Virus record (IMG/VR): IMGVR_UViG_3300031951_000017
Location: 32,001-96,000 of that record
DNA length: 64,000 nt
Source of the DNA: a virus
Strand: one strand, 5' to 3'
How positions within the stretch are numbered: the stretch's first letter is position 1; each line of letters begins with the position of its first letter. The position numbers and the translations under genes were made by a program. The notes under the pieces are model-generated. The model had not been told where the DNA came from. It did not search any database and saw only the letters and a program-made list of their open reading frames with translations. Positions 19,290 through 28,433 of the stretch are shown here, in pieces.

Positions 19290-20927
19290 ATGAAAAAGAT
19301 AGAAGAAAAAATTGATTTGATTGAATCTCAAATCAATGAAATCGAGTTAACCAAGAATAAAGATTTCTTGTTGACCGAAATGAAAAAAATTGGGATTGAA
19401 AAATTACCCTACTCCTACTCAGCCTTAAAATCATTCATTGATTCAGAAACAATGAATGTTCACTATAACAAACATTACAAAGGATACGTAGATAAATTAA
19501 ATGCTGCGTTAAGTAAGAAAAAATTTGGTGATATGGATTTGGAACAGATTGTTAAATCCATTAGTAAATTTAGTAAGGACGTTAGAAATAATGCAGGTGG
19601 TGCATACAATCACGCATTATTTTGGAAGATGTTATCACCAAAACCACAAAAACCTAAAAAATTGGTTTTAGCAAAAATTAACAAAGATTTTGGTGATATT
19701 TCTTCTTTTAAGAAAAAATTTAACCAAATTGCAAAGGAAAATTTTGGGTCAGGCTGGGTTTGGTTAATTGTTACCGATAAAAATAAATTAAAGGTCGTTA
19801 CTACACCAAATCAGGACAATCCACTAATGAATGATGCTGAAGACAAAGGGTATCCAATTTTAGGATTAGATTTGTGGGAACACGCATATTATTTGAAATA
19901 TAGAAATCAAAAAGATGACTATATTAAAAACTTTTGGTCAGTTGTAAATTGGGAATTTGTTGAAGAATTATATAAAATGAAAATGGAAACTAAACTTAAT
20001 GAATCTGTCATAACTCGGACATTGTTAGAACAAGAAGAAGATATCGTATTAAGTATTACCCCACAATATTGTAATGGTGGTGAGACTAACGTGATTTCAA
20101 AAATTATATTTGATACTAATCTAGAAAAAGACCAAAGGTCAAAAAGACAAGAGACTTGGAGGTCGATGATGTCAAATGGTATTCAAGAAATTTTAAAAAA
20201 TCACTTCCCAGAAAGATGGGAAAAACCTAGTCCTCTTCATAAACCAGGAGTCTATAGAGTACAGAATGGTATTAAAGTCAGGTCATTACTTAATAATTTG
20301 ACATCATCATATACAGCACTATGTGTTATTTATAAATTCATAAATGATTATCTCCGTCTCACTGACCAACCTCTTTTGGACTTTGATAGAGATAATTACG
20401 AAAAGACCACTTCAGAGGTGAAAAGATTTTTGTCAATTATTGATTCACTAAGAGGATATATCTTTAACCCAAGTACTGAAATTAATAAAAAAATTGGGAA
20501 TGCTCTTAAATTCTCTAGTTGTGAAGGTGACCAAAACGAAAAAGTTGCTTTACAAATTTTAATTGAGAATTATGGAGAGGGTTGTGCTAAACTAGAATCA
20601 GGTTTAGGGTTGACTAAAGATATGATTGGTGGGATTGATTGTATATTAAACACGGATGAAGGTGAAAAAACCGTACAAATTAAACCATTTAGAGCTCTAA
20701 AAGAAGAAAACTCTGAAATACATGTTTTAGGTGCCTCTTCAGTTAAGGACCATTCCGTTGACTTGTATATGTTCGTTGATAAGGACAACGGAGTCTTACA
20801 AATATTTAAGAACGAAGGTGTTAAGTTTGCACATAGAACATTTATATTCCCTAATACTTCACATATGGATAGTTTATCGGCTAAAAATCCTATTGAAAAA
20901 GTTAATTGTAGAATGTATCTTGTGTAA
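19290..20927 (+). CDS. sod: Fe/Mn superoxide dismutase (Mn-type signatures) fused to a C-terminal PD-(D/E)xK-like region
   Basis: LPYSYSAL, HYNKH, NNAGGAYNH, FGSGWVW, NQDNP, DLWEHAYY. Confidence 0.9.
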   Translation: MKKIEEKIDLIESQINEIELTKNKDFLLTEMKKIGIEKLPYSYSALKSFIDSETMNVHYNKHYKGYVDKLNAALSKKKFGDMDLEQIVKSISKFSKDVRNNAGGAYNHALFWKMLSPKPQKPKKLVLAKINKDFGDISSFKKKFNQIAKENFGSGWVWLIVTDKNKLKVVTTPNQDNPLMNDAEDKGYPILGLDLWEHAYYLKYRNQKDDYIKNFWSVVNWEFVEELYKMKMETKLNESVITRTLLEQEEDIVLSITPQYCNGGETNVISKIIFDTNLEKDQRSKRQETWRSMMSNGIQEILKNHFPERWEKPSPLHKPGVYRVQNGIKVRSLLNNLTSSYTALCVIYKFINDYLRLTDQPLLDFDRDNYEKTTSEVKRFLSIIDSLRGYIFNPSTEINKKIGNALKFSSCEGDQNEKVALQILIENYGEGCAKLESGLGLTKDMIGGIDCILNTDEGEKTVQIKPFRALKEENSEIHVLGASSVKDHSVDLYMFVDKDNGVLQIFKNEGVKFAHRTFIFPNTSHMDSLSAKNPIEKVNCRMYLV

Positions 20928-20963
20928 TTAATAAATCGGCTAATATTTATAAAATAAAAGCCG

Positions 20964-22085
20964 ATGTCTAAAATATCACAACCCGAAAGAAACAAGTTAT
21001 TTACAAAAGTAAGACACTTACTTGGTGCACCTTTAAGAGGTATTGAATTGGAAGATGAACAGATGGACACTCTGTTAGAATTTTCTATTGATGATTATTC
21101 ACAATATATACAAGATTGGTTAACTGAATCACAATGGTCATCATTGTATAATTTAAACTTGGATGAACAATCTTTGTCTAGAGCTTTTGTAACTAGAACT
21201 TTAGATTATGAAACAAGATACACTTATGCGTATTCAAAAATTGTTGGGTTACAAACTGGTGGTGATTGGGTTCTAAAGAAAGATTTTATAGAATTAAAAA
21301 AGAACCAACAAATTTATGAAATTCCTGCTGGTCGTGAACTTAATGAGTTACTTTGGTTCACACCATCAACACTGACAAATATTTTATTTGACCCTTGGTC
21401 TTTTGGTAGTATGGGTGGACCTGGTATTGGTGGACCAGGAGGATATGCACAATTAGGTTATAGTGGTTCATATTTCTTAATGCCAGCTTTTGACATGCTA
21501 TTAAGGATGCAAGAGATTAATATCCAAAGACGTATCATTGCTTCTGAAATGACTTATCGTGTTACTGCATTACCTGATGGTAAAAAAGCAATACATTTAA
21601 TGAATACTCCTGGTGGTAAGTTTGACTTTGGTAGTTCTAACTTCGTAAGTGGTAGAGTTTGGTATTGGTATTACGATGTGGGTCCCGCAGATAAAAATTC
21701 ATGTTTAAAAGCTAATCCCGATATTATTAGAACACCTAATGATGTCCCATATGAAGAACTTACATGGGACGATTTAAATAACCCATCAAGACAATGGGTT
21801 AGAAGATGGTTTGTTGCATATTGTAAAGAAACTTTAGCAAGAGTACGAGGAAAATACAGTGGAAACTTGAAAACTCCAGATTCTGAATTAACTTTAGATT
21901 ATACATCATTAGCGACTGAGGCTAAAGATGAAAAAACTAAACTTATTGATGAGTTGATTGGAACTGATGGAAGACTTACTAGATTAAAGCCTGAAAAGGT
22001 TATGGAGAGAGAAGCACAAATTGCCGAAAATCTTAACAAGTCTCTTAAATTCAGAGCAGCACCTCGTCAGATTTATGTAATTTAA
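20964..22085 (+). CDS. Neck / head-tail adaptor protein (T4 gp13-like)
   Basis: LGAPLRGIELEDEQ N-terminus; WVRRW..AYCKETLARVRGKY C-terminus. Confidence 0.7.
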   Translation: MSKISQPERNKLFTKVRHLLGAPLRGIELEDEQMDTLLEFSIDDYSQYIQDWLTESQWSSLYNLNLDEQSLSRAFVTRTLDYETRYTYAYSKIVGLQTGGDWVLKKDFIELKKNQQIYEIPAGRELNELLWFTPSTLTNILFDPWSFGSMGGPGIGGPGGYAQLGYSGSYFLMPAFDMLLRMQEINIQRRIIASEMTYRVTALPDGKKAIHLMNTPGGKFDFGSSNFVSGRVWYWYYDVGPADKNSCLKANPDIIRTPNDVPYEELTWDDLNNPSRQWVRRWFVAYCKETLARVRGKYSGNLKTPDSELTLDYTSLATEAKDEKTKLIDELIGTDGRLTRLKPEKVMEREAQIAENLNKSLKFRAAPRQIYVI

Positions 22086-22088
22086 TGT

Positions 22089-22424
22089 ATGTCAATTATT
22101 AAGACAAGACCTGTTGACCGGGTTATTAATGGTCAAATTATTACTGGTTCTGAGGTTACCTTAGTATCAGAAACGTATTATGTTTGTAATGGTGAAAGTG
22201 TGGTAATTGTTAAAAATACACCATTCACAAAAATAAAATTAAATTCACTTAAAAACGACAGAGTCACAATTAAGTGTCTGACAAAAGTTTTATTACTTCC
22301 AGATTTCGGTAAAATAGATGAGATTTTTGATGAAATGGAGTTAGAAAATGGTGCTAGTGTTGAGTTAATATTTGCAATTGGTAACTGGTATATCCTATCA
22401 TCAGATGGGTTGAAACAGTCTTAG
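22089..22424 (+). CDS. Hypothetical small beta-rich protein, probably structural
   Basis: 111-aa ORF 3 nt downstream of the neck gene. Confidence 0.55.
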   Translation: MSIIKTRPVDRVINGQIITGSEVTLVSETYYVCNGESVVIVKNTPFTKIKLNSLKNDRVTIKCLTKVLLLPDFGKIDEIFDEMELENGASVELIFAIGNWYILSSDGLKQS

Positions 22425-25216
22425 ACCATTTCTTCCCACCCTTCTTCAGCTAACTCATAGATATATTCAGGGTCAATTCCTCGTTTTTCCCAATATATTT
22501 TTTCTTGTTCGGTTATTGTTAATAAATCATCAATACTATCTTGGTCTTCGGGTTCAAATGGAACCCCATTTATTAATTTACATTGTTCCTTTGTAAAGAT
22601 ACCTCTTTTACTTGGGTCATCAACAATTAAGTTATTTCTAACTTCTTCACCAAATACAATCAACAATGGTTCAATACGTTTGTTAAACGTTACTATAGCT
22701 CTTGGTACATTGTATTCACCTAATAAACTTGGATTATTTTCTACTTCTGTTGGATTCAAACGATAACAATTAAGCTGAATGATTGAATCAATACTATCAT
22801 CGAGTATTTTACCAAATTCTTTTAGGTATTGTTCTTTGGTTTCATCTGACCAACCTTTTTTTGGTTTATTTACTTTCTGAACATCCCCATGAGAAGCCTT
22901 AACACCATTATTAACATAAAGAATAACCTCACCCAAACTAACGGCAATTTTATCTCTTATAGCCAATTCCATATGTGCCATTCTAGACATCTCATTACCA
23001 GCTTTAGTCTTTTCTTTTGAACGTTTACGATAATCATCCATAGACAACTTAACCTTTGCTCTTTGTGCGATTTTCATAAGTGGAATTTGTTTATTATAAA
23101 TATTTTCCAAGTATTCATAATACCACTCAACAAAATCTTGACCATTACCTTCTAACAACATTTTAATTCCTTTGTCCAAGAAATCTTCAATATATAAAGG
23201 TAGTTTCTTACTTTTGATGGAATTACCTGTAAGTTTAATCTTTCCGTTGTGTTCCATTGTTGCGTAGTTCTTACGAGCAATGTTCATACAGGATTTCCAA
23301 GTCCCATCACAATCAAGACCCATAGCACCTTTCATAAACATATCGTTAAACTCGGCAACATCCGCATCATAACCTTTATATTCCTTACCTTCTTTAACTA
23401 ACCAATTGTTACCCTTACCGATATACACTCTATCGTCCACACCACCTTCAGGTAACGAGAAGTTCATACCATCCGTATCACATACAAGAGGAGTATAACC
23501 TCGTTTCATAAAGAAACGTAACATCTGACGTAAGTATTGTCGTCCTGTACAAGTAATCTGTTCACCCATATACATATCACCCCAGTGGTATACTTGTGGT
23601 GCGGATAACGCTCCAAACATTGAGTTAATGAAAATCTTAATCGGTAATTGTTTGCGGTCATAAGATGTTGCTTGTTTTTTGTCAATATCCTGATATTCCT
23701 TAGCTAAGTTTTTATACTTGATACGGGTGTTACGGAAGTAATTTAACATTCCTTTCATCGCACCTGTAATATCGCAGGTTGGGAATACGTCATGAACCAA
23801 CTGAATGGAAGGATAAAGTGACGAGAAGTCAAGTTTCAATACATCGGTTGAAAAACCAACCTTTAGTAGTCGTGACAACCCTCCAACAAATTCTGTCTTT
23901 TCATTCTTAGCAGGGATTGCTAACTTATGTTTATAAGACCATGCTCTCATTTGAATTTCCCATAACGTAGCGGTTCCCATAGTTGAGACCCTTTCATATG
24001 TTGTTGGAACCAAAGACGCAAGTAGGAATGAACCCTGATTGAATTCTTCGTCAACTGTCAGAGTTTCTTCCAAGTCATCGTCAAGATATCTCTCAACCAA
24101 ATCATCACCTGTTGTTTTAATATATACGTTTGAATGTTTTGAACACGCTTCGTCAATTGTGGGGTCAATCCCCACTTTCTTATATTTACCATTTTGGATG
24201 TTCAACCAAAACGCTTCTTTCTTCGCGTAGAACGGACCGATATCTGTATGGTCAATGTATACACGGTCAGGTGCCTCAGCTTTAATATATTGAGTGATAT
24301 ACTTCAAACCTGCTGATTTAATAGATGAGTTAATTGCTTGAGCTCGTCTAACAGCATGTAATGTATCCACAACATTATAACCCCACATTGAAGTTTGGTT
24401 AAACCTTTCGACCTCGTTTGCCAACTTCAACATACTTTCAGATTGTTTGATTGGGTTCATTGGATTGAGGGTTTTTGCTATTTTCTTAATATCCAACTTT
24501 AACGCTTTGGCTCTTTCAAATATCCAAAACCAGTCAAAGTTGAATCCGTTGTAAGATGCGATAATACTTGGTTTGAGTTCATCTATTGTGTTGAAAAATT
24601 TGATAATACCTTCTCTTTCCTGTTCTTCAGTTGAGCACTCAATTACCTGACTAAAACCTTTATTGGTTTTCATCCCTATCATAAAAATACGACCATCCTT
24701 TGGTTCTAATGCGGTCGTCTCTAAGTCAAATACAAACCTCGTGATACTATTGTAATCGTCAAACCCCTTAAACAATCGTTTCTCTTTTGTGACTAAGAAT
24801 TGTTCAACAGGTGGTAAAATCAAAACTAAACTTTTAGTTTTTTCACCCCAAGGGTCAACACCCCCCTCTCTAAAAAATTGGATTAGTGAACGATATCCGT
24901 TTAATGATTTAACCATAAAAGTTAATCCTCTCTCTAGTCTATCATTACCATCAGTTCGTAATTTTTCAATGACAATTTTATGTTTTGTCATTGCTTCTTT
25001 TTGCAACGCCTTTGATGATTGATAAAAGTTTAGTCCACGTAAATCACCCACCCAGGCAAATGGGATGAATGTATCTTTTTTAATAAGTTTTCCATGAATT
25101 GGGTCTTCAATTATTTTCCAAATACAATCTTTGACGTAATCGTATTCTACTCCGATGATGTACTTTTCATCGTCATTTCCTTGTAGGAAATTCTCAATTT
25201 CTTCATTTGTTATCAT
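22421..25216 (-). CDS. polB: Family B DNA polymerase with 3'-5' exonuclease
   Basis: Exo FDLETT, YNGFNFD, YLDDD; pol DFSSLYPS, KIFINSMFG, CDTDG, KNY. Confidence 0.95.
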   Translation of the reverse strand: MITNEEIENFLQGNDDEKYIIGVEYDYVKDCIWKIIEDPIHGKLIKKDTFIPFAWVGDLRGLNFYQSSKALQKEAMTKHKIVIEKLRTDGNDRLERGLTFMVKSLNGYRSLIQFFREGGVDPWGEKTKSLVLILPPVEQFLVTKEKRLFKGFDDYNSITRFVFDLETTALEPKDGRIFMIGMKTNKGFSQVIECSTEEQEREGIIKFFNTIDELKPSIIASYNGFNFDWFWIFERAKALKLDIKKIAKTLNPMNPIKQSESMLKLANEVERFNQTSMWGYNVVDTLHAVRRAQAINSSIKSAGLKYITQYIKAEAPDRVYIDHTDIGPFYAKKEAFWLNIQNGKYKKVGIDPTIDEACSKHSNVYIKTTGDDLVERYLDDDLEETLTVDEEFNQGSFLLASLVPTTYERVSTMGTATLWEIQMRAWSYKHKLAIPAKNEKTEFVGGLSRLLKVGFSTDVLKLDFSSLYPSIQLVHDVFPTCDITGAMKGMLNYFRNTRIKYKNLAKEYQDIDKKQATSYDRKQLPIKIFINSMFGALSAPQVYHWGDMYMGEQITCTGRQYLRQMLRFFMKRGYTPLVCDTDGMNFSLPEGGVDDRVYIGKGNNWLVKEGKEYKGYDADVAEFNDMFMKGAMGLDCDGTWKSCMNIARKNYATMEHNGKIKLTGNSIKSKKLPLYIEDFLDKGIKMLLEGNGQDFVEWYYEYLENIYNKQIPLMKIAQRAKVKLSMDDYRKRSKEKTKAGNEMSRMAHMELAIRDKIAVSLGEVILYVNNGVKASHGDVQKVNKPKKGWSDETKEQYLKEFGKILDDSIDSIIQLNCYRLNPTEVENNPSLLGEYNVPRAIVTFNKRIEPLLIVFGEEVRNNLIVDDPSKRGIFTKEQCKLINGVPFEPEDQDSIDDLLTITEQEKIYWEKRGIDPEYIYELAEEGWEEMV

Positions 25217-25239
25217 AAATTAAAATTTGGTCTATTTGC

Positions 25240-25259
25240 TTCCGAATTATAGGTCGGAA
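25240..25259 (-). promoter_or_regulatory. Stem-loop in the DNA polymerase 5' leader
   Basis: mRNA UUCCGA-CCUAUAAU-UCGGAA, 23 nt before the ATG. Confidence 0.55.
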
Positions 25260-25272
25260 TTTACCTTACATG

Positions 25273-25303
25273 CAAATATAAACAAAAATATTAATTTATC
25301 AAA
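25273..25303 (-). promoter_or_regulatory. Bacteroidota-type primary-sigma promoter for DNA polymerase
   Basis: TTTG(25303-25300)-N19-TATATTTG(25280-25273) matches the -33/-7 consensus TTTG/TAnnTTTG. Confidence 0.7.
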
Positions 25304-25684
25304 TTAACAACAAGCTTTGTCGGAAATAAAACTATCTTGTACGTTAATATATAGTTTTTCTCGTATTGGGACTATTAGGTTACCTTGTTCATTTCTCAAT
25401 AAAAATTGACCTTCATACCTTCCAGGTTTATTTGTATCCTTTTCAGAGAATTTATAATAGATATAAAACTCTGTTGGGGTTGTTTCATTTAAGAAATTTT
25501 TAGATACAAATCCTCCTTGTTTGGATAGGAATTTAGGAATACCTGTTTCAGTATCAACCATAGAAAATAGAATAGTTGATGTCTCAATTAAATCCATAAA
25601 ATTATGATAGTCACTTCTTCCATCCTTAACTACTTGCATTTTAAGTAATGGAAGAGTCGCACCCTTTTTAATATAAAATTCCAT
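25304..25684 (-). CDS. BppU-like baseplate/fibre attachment protein; start probably at 25684 (MEFYIKK)
   Basis: FYIKKGATLP.L...YKF...DT...GRYEGQF; a TATTTAT motif precedes the ATG at 25684. Confidence 0.55.
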   Translation of the reverse strand: MEFYIKKGATLPLLKMQVVKDGRSDYHNFMDLIETSTILFSMVDTETGIPKFLSKQGGFVSKNFLNETTPTEFYIYYKFSEKDTNKPGRYEGQFLLRNEQGNLIVPIREKLYINVQDSFISDKACC

Positions 25685-25708
25685 AACAATAAATACTACG
25701 ATATTCAA

Positions 25709-27385
25709 TTAAGATTCTTTTCTTAATTCTTTGTCATAGTGGTCAAATCTATTGTGTTCAGTAGGTGTTGCTAATAAAATTCCAGCATTAATCAAATTTT
25801 CTTTGGTCATTTGGTAAACGTGAGACATCCAAGTTTGTTCGTGAGGGTGAGCCCATTTAGTATTTAAAAATACTTTACGACTACCTTCTTTGGTCATAAC
25901 CTGTGGCCAATTACAATAATAAACTTCCCCTGTTGCATATGGAACACCTTTATATGACATTATTTTATCATATTTTGTTTTGGGGGCGTTAGGGTCTAAT
26001 CCTTGTTGTGGTAACTTATCATTCTCAGGAAAATATTTTTGTCTAACATTCTGAGGTACGTTATACCAACTCCATTGTGTTGAATTGTCTCCGAAGAATT
26101 CCGTGAAATTCAATTTAAGAAAATCAAAACTATTTTCTTTGGTTATCAAAAGACTTTTTGTATAAAGTCTATCTATTTTTCTAACAAACCCATTCTTACA
26201 ATTTACATCGGGACCTGAATAGAAAAACATATCATCCTCAAAAAACATCATAAAATCGGAATCACTCTCATCAAAATGTTCCGCAATATATTGTCTACCA
26301 CCACATATTCCTAAATTTGTATGGGGTTTATAATGAGTAAAACCATATTCCTTACATAGATTATCATATTCCATATAAGTTTCAGAGTTTGTTGAATTAT
26401 TAATCAAATATTTTTTTGGAAGTTTTAGGAAGTCCTCGTCGTAGACCTCCATAGATTTAATTAATGTTTTAAATTGGTTTGGACTATTAAATGTTAAAAC
26501 ATATAAGGAACATTTTTTAATATTTAAATCAGTCTTAACTTGTGTTTTAGGGTCAAAAGTTTTTAAGTTTTCAAAAAATGGCCAAACTAATCCATTACCA
26601 GTAATTTCATAACGATGTATTTGATTTGGGTAATTGTGGGCAAGGATGGTGAATAAACACTCGTCCGCACCCATAAGACCTTCATTTATTGTTCTATAAA
26701 GTACATTATAATAATAATTGTTTATTTCATGTACTTGTTCTTTACTACCCCCAAAAAAACCACCTCGACACACATACTCAACAAAAGTAGTATTACAATA
26801 TTGAGCCATTTTTTTTCTTTCAAATCCGTGAATTTCATCATTTGCAGTGTATGGATAACTGATAAAAGTAAATTTATCTACAAATTGTGTATATTCTGGT
26901 AACCTATCAAAAACTTTATCTGTTGTAAAATAACCAGGATTAACAGTTGACGTTATCCCACCATCAATCCAATAAAAATATTCACTTCTAAATGGATTAA
27001 GTATAGCCGTATCATTAACCATAAACATTTTACACATCATCATAGGATTGTAAAATTCTAATCCCGCTTGTGGGGAATCTTTTAACCACCCTGCAAAATT
27101 AAACCATTCAGGATTTGTTCTAATTTTTTGTAATTCATTAAAAAATGGAAACCACGTTTTAAAATCCTCTAGCTCTTTGAAATAAACAACGGTGTTATGT
27201 CTCTTACGTATTTTCCAAACCTCAGACTCTAGTGACCTTGGAATCCAAATACATAGATTTGCATCAGTTTCTAGTAATTCAAAAAATTTTTGTTTATACG
27301 TATCAAAACTACGTTGTGCCCATCCATTTAAGTTTTCCCTACCTAAGTCCCACAATCCGGTGACAATTGTAACTTTACTATTCAT
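25709..27385 (-). CDS. Two-domain glycosyltransferase: HtrL/YibB(WlaTC)-like plus GT-A (GT2-like)
   Basis: TIVTGLWDLGR, NPF..EYFYWIDGG, GGFFGG, ADE; second domain LYVLTFN...NLGICGGR...FFEDD. Confidence 0.7.
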   Translation of the reverse strand: MNSKVTIVTGLWDLGRENLNGWAQRSFDTYKQKFFELLETDANLCIWIPRSLESEVWKIRKRHNTVVYFKELEDFKTWFPFFNELQKIRTNPEWFNFAGWLKDSPQAGLEFYNPMMMCKMFMVNDTAILNPFRSEYFYWIDGGITSTVNPGYFTTDKVFDRLPEYTQFVDKFTFISYPYTANDEIHGFERKKMAQYCNTTFVEYVCRGGFFGGSKEQVHEINNYYYNVLYRTINEGLMGADECLFTILAHNYPNQIHRYEITGNGLVWPFFENLKTFDPKTQVKTDLNIKKCSLYVLTFNSPNQFKTLIKSMEVYDEDFLKLPKKYLINNSTNSETYMEYDNLCKEYGFTHYKPHTNLGICGGRQYIAEHFDESDSDFMMFFEDDMFFYSGPDVNCKNGFVRKIDRLYTKSLLITKENSFDFLKLNFTEFFGDNSTQWSWYNVPQNVRQKYFPENDKLPQQGLDPNAPKTKYDKIMSYKGVPYATGEVYYCNWPQVMTKEGSRKVFLNTKWAHPHEQTWMSHVYQMTKENLINAGILLATPTEHNRFDHYDKELRKES

Positions 27386-27392
27386 AATTAAA

Positions 27393-28433
27393 TTATTTTG
27401 TATTTCCTAAATTTAAATAAAAACCCTCAAAAGACGATACAACATAAGTTTTTTCTGGGTCAATATTTGTTTTAAAATAAGTTCTCCATTTTTTTGGTAG
27501 TTCTTTTGCAATATCTGTTTTAAAGAACTGGTCATAATCAACAAATCCGTTATTTGATAAGTTTAATTTTTTATAATTATTTTTTTTAAGTTGTTCCTCT
27601 ACAATGTTTGTAACATCTATTGTAATTTTTTCTTGGCTATGAAGACTGCGTCCTTCATCCCGTTGTTCATTAAAATATCCATATTCAGAACTAACCAACT
27701 CAATTTTTAAGTTTGATAAATCAGTTCCATCGTAAAAATATTTTGGTATTATTGAGTAGTGTGAGTCATAACAAAAATGAAAAAATTCATAGTATTTTGT
27801 GTCGTTTTTAAATTTATTAGACTCCATTAACCATGCTTCACACTGCCACCTAGAACCTCCCCAAAAATTCATAAAAGGGATGTTATTTCTAATATAGTAT
27901 GCATTTACCCACCAAAAATTTCCCCAATACCAAAAATTGTGACAATGTACACCAACAATGTTGTAAGTGTTTAATTTTTCAAGACATATTTTCCATTTTT
28001 CAATTAAAAAATATTCAAGCATCTCAACCCAAGAATTTTCTGATTCAATTTTAAGTTCATCAATTTCAAAGTTTACAAAATTTTTGAACTTATTAAATAC
28101 TCCTTTAGTGTGGAAATAAAGAATTTTGGCGTCCTCATATTTAAAAGATAGTTCATACACTTGATTAAGTGCTAATACACCTTCTCCATAATTTTTGAAC
28201 CCATGAATAAAATTTATTTTTTCATATTTAATTTTAAGAGTTTCAACAATATTAGAGTATTCTTTTTTTTCGTCCGTTAAATATATGAAAATATCGTCAG
28301 CTTTCTCATATAACCCAAACAATTCTAATTTTCTTAATTGCTCCTCAAGTTTGAGTTGCCAATCATTAACCATGTAACAATGAGCAACAACAAAAATTTT
28401 AGAGTTGTCTATCATTTTTTTATTTTTTAACAA
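27393..28433 (-). CDS. Putative glycosyltransferase (HTKG...GNFWW family)
   Basis: ILYFHTKGV, WVEMLEYF, YWGNFWW, RWQCEAWL; glycosyltransferase cluster context. Confidence 0.5.
   Translation of the reverse strand: MLKNKKMIDNSKIFVVAHCYMVNDWQLKLEEQLRKLELFGLYEKADDIFIYLTDEKKEYSNIVETLKIKYEKINFIHGFKNYGEGVLALNQVYELSFKYEDAKILYFHTKGVFNKFKNFVNFEIDELKIESENSWVEMLEYFLIEKWKICLEKLNTYNIVGVHCHNFWYWGNFWWVNAYYIRNNIPFMNFWGGSRWQCEAWLMESNKFKNDTKYYEFFHFCYDSHYSIIPKYFYDGTDLSNLKIELVSSEYGYFNEQRDEGRSLHSQEKITIDVTNIVEEQLKKNNYKKLNLSNNGFVDYDQFFKTDIAKELPKKWRTYFKTNIDPEKTYVVSSFEGFYLNLGNTK

Noticed and set aside
22421-25216. Intein or intron in the DNA polymerase (or helicase)
   Set aside because: Motifs are contiguous at normal spacing; no intein termini or homing endonuclease motifs were seen.
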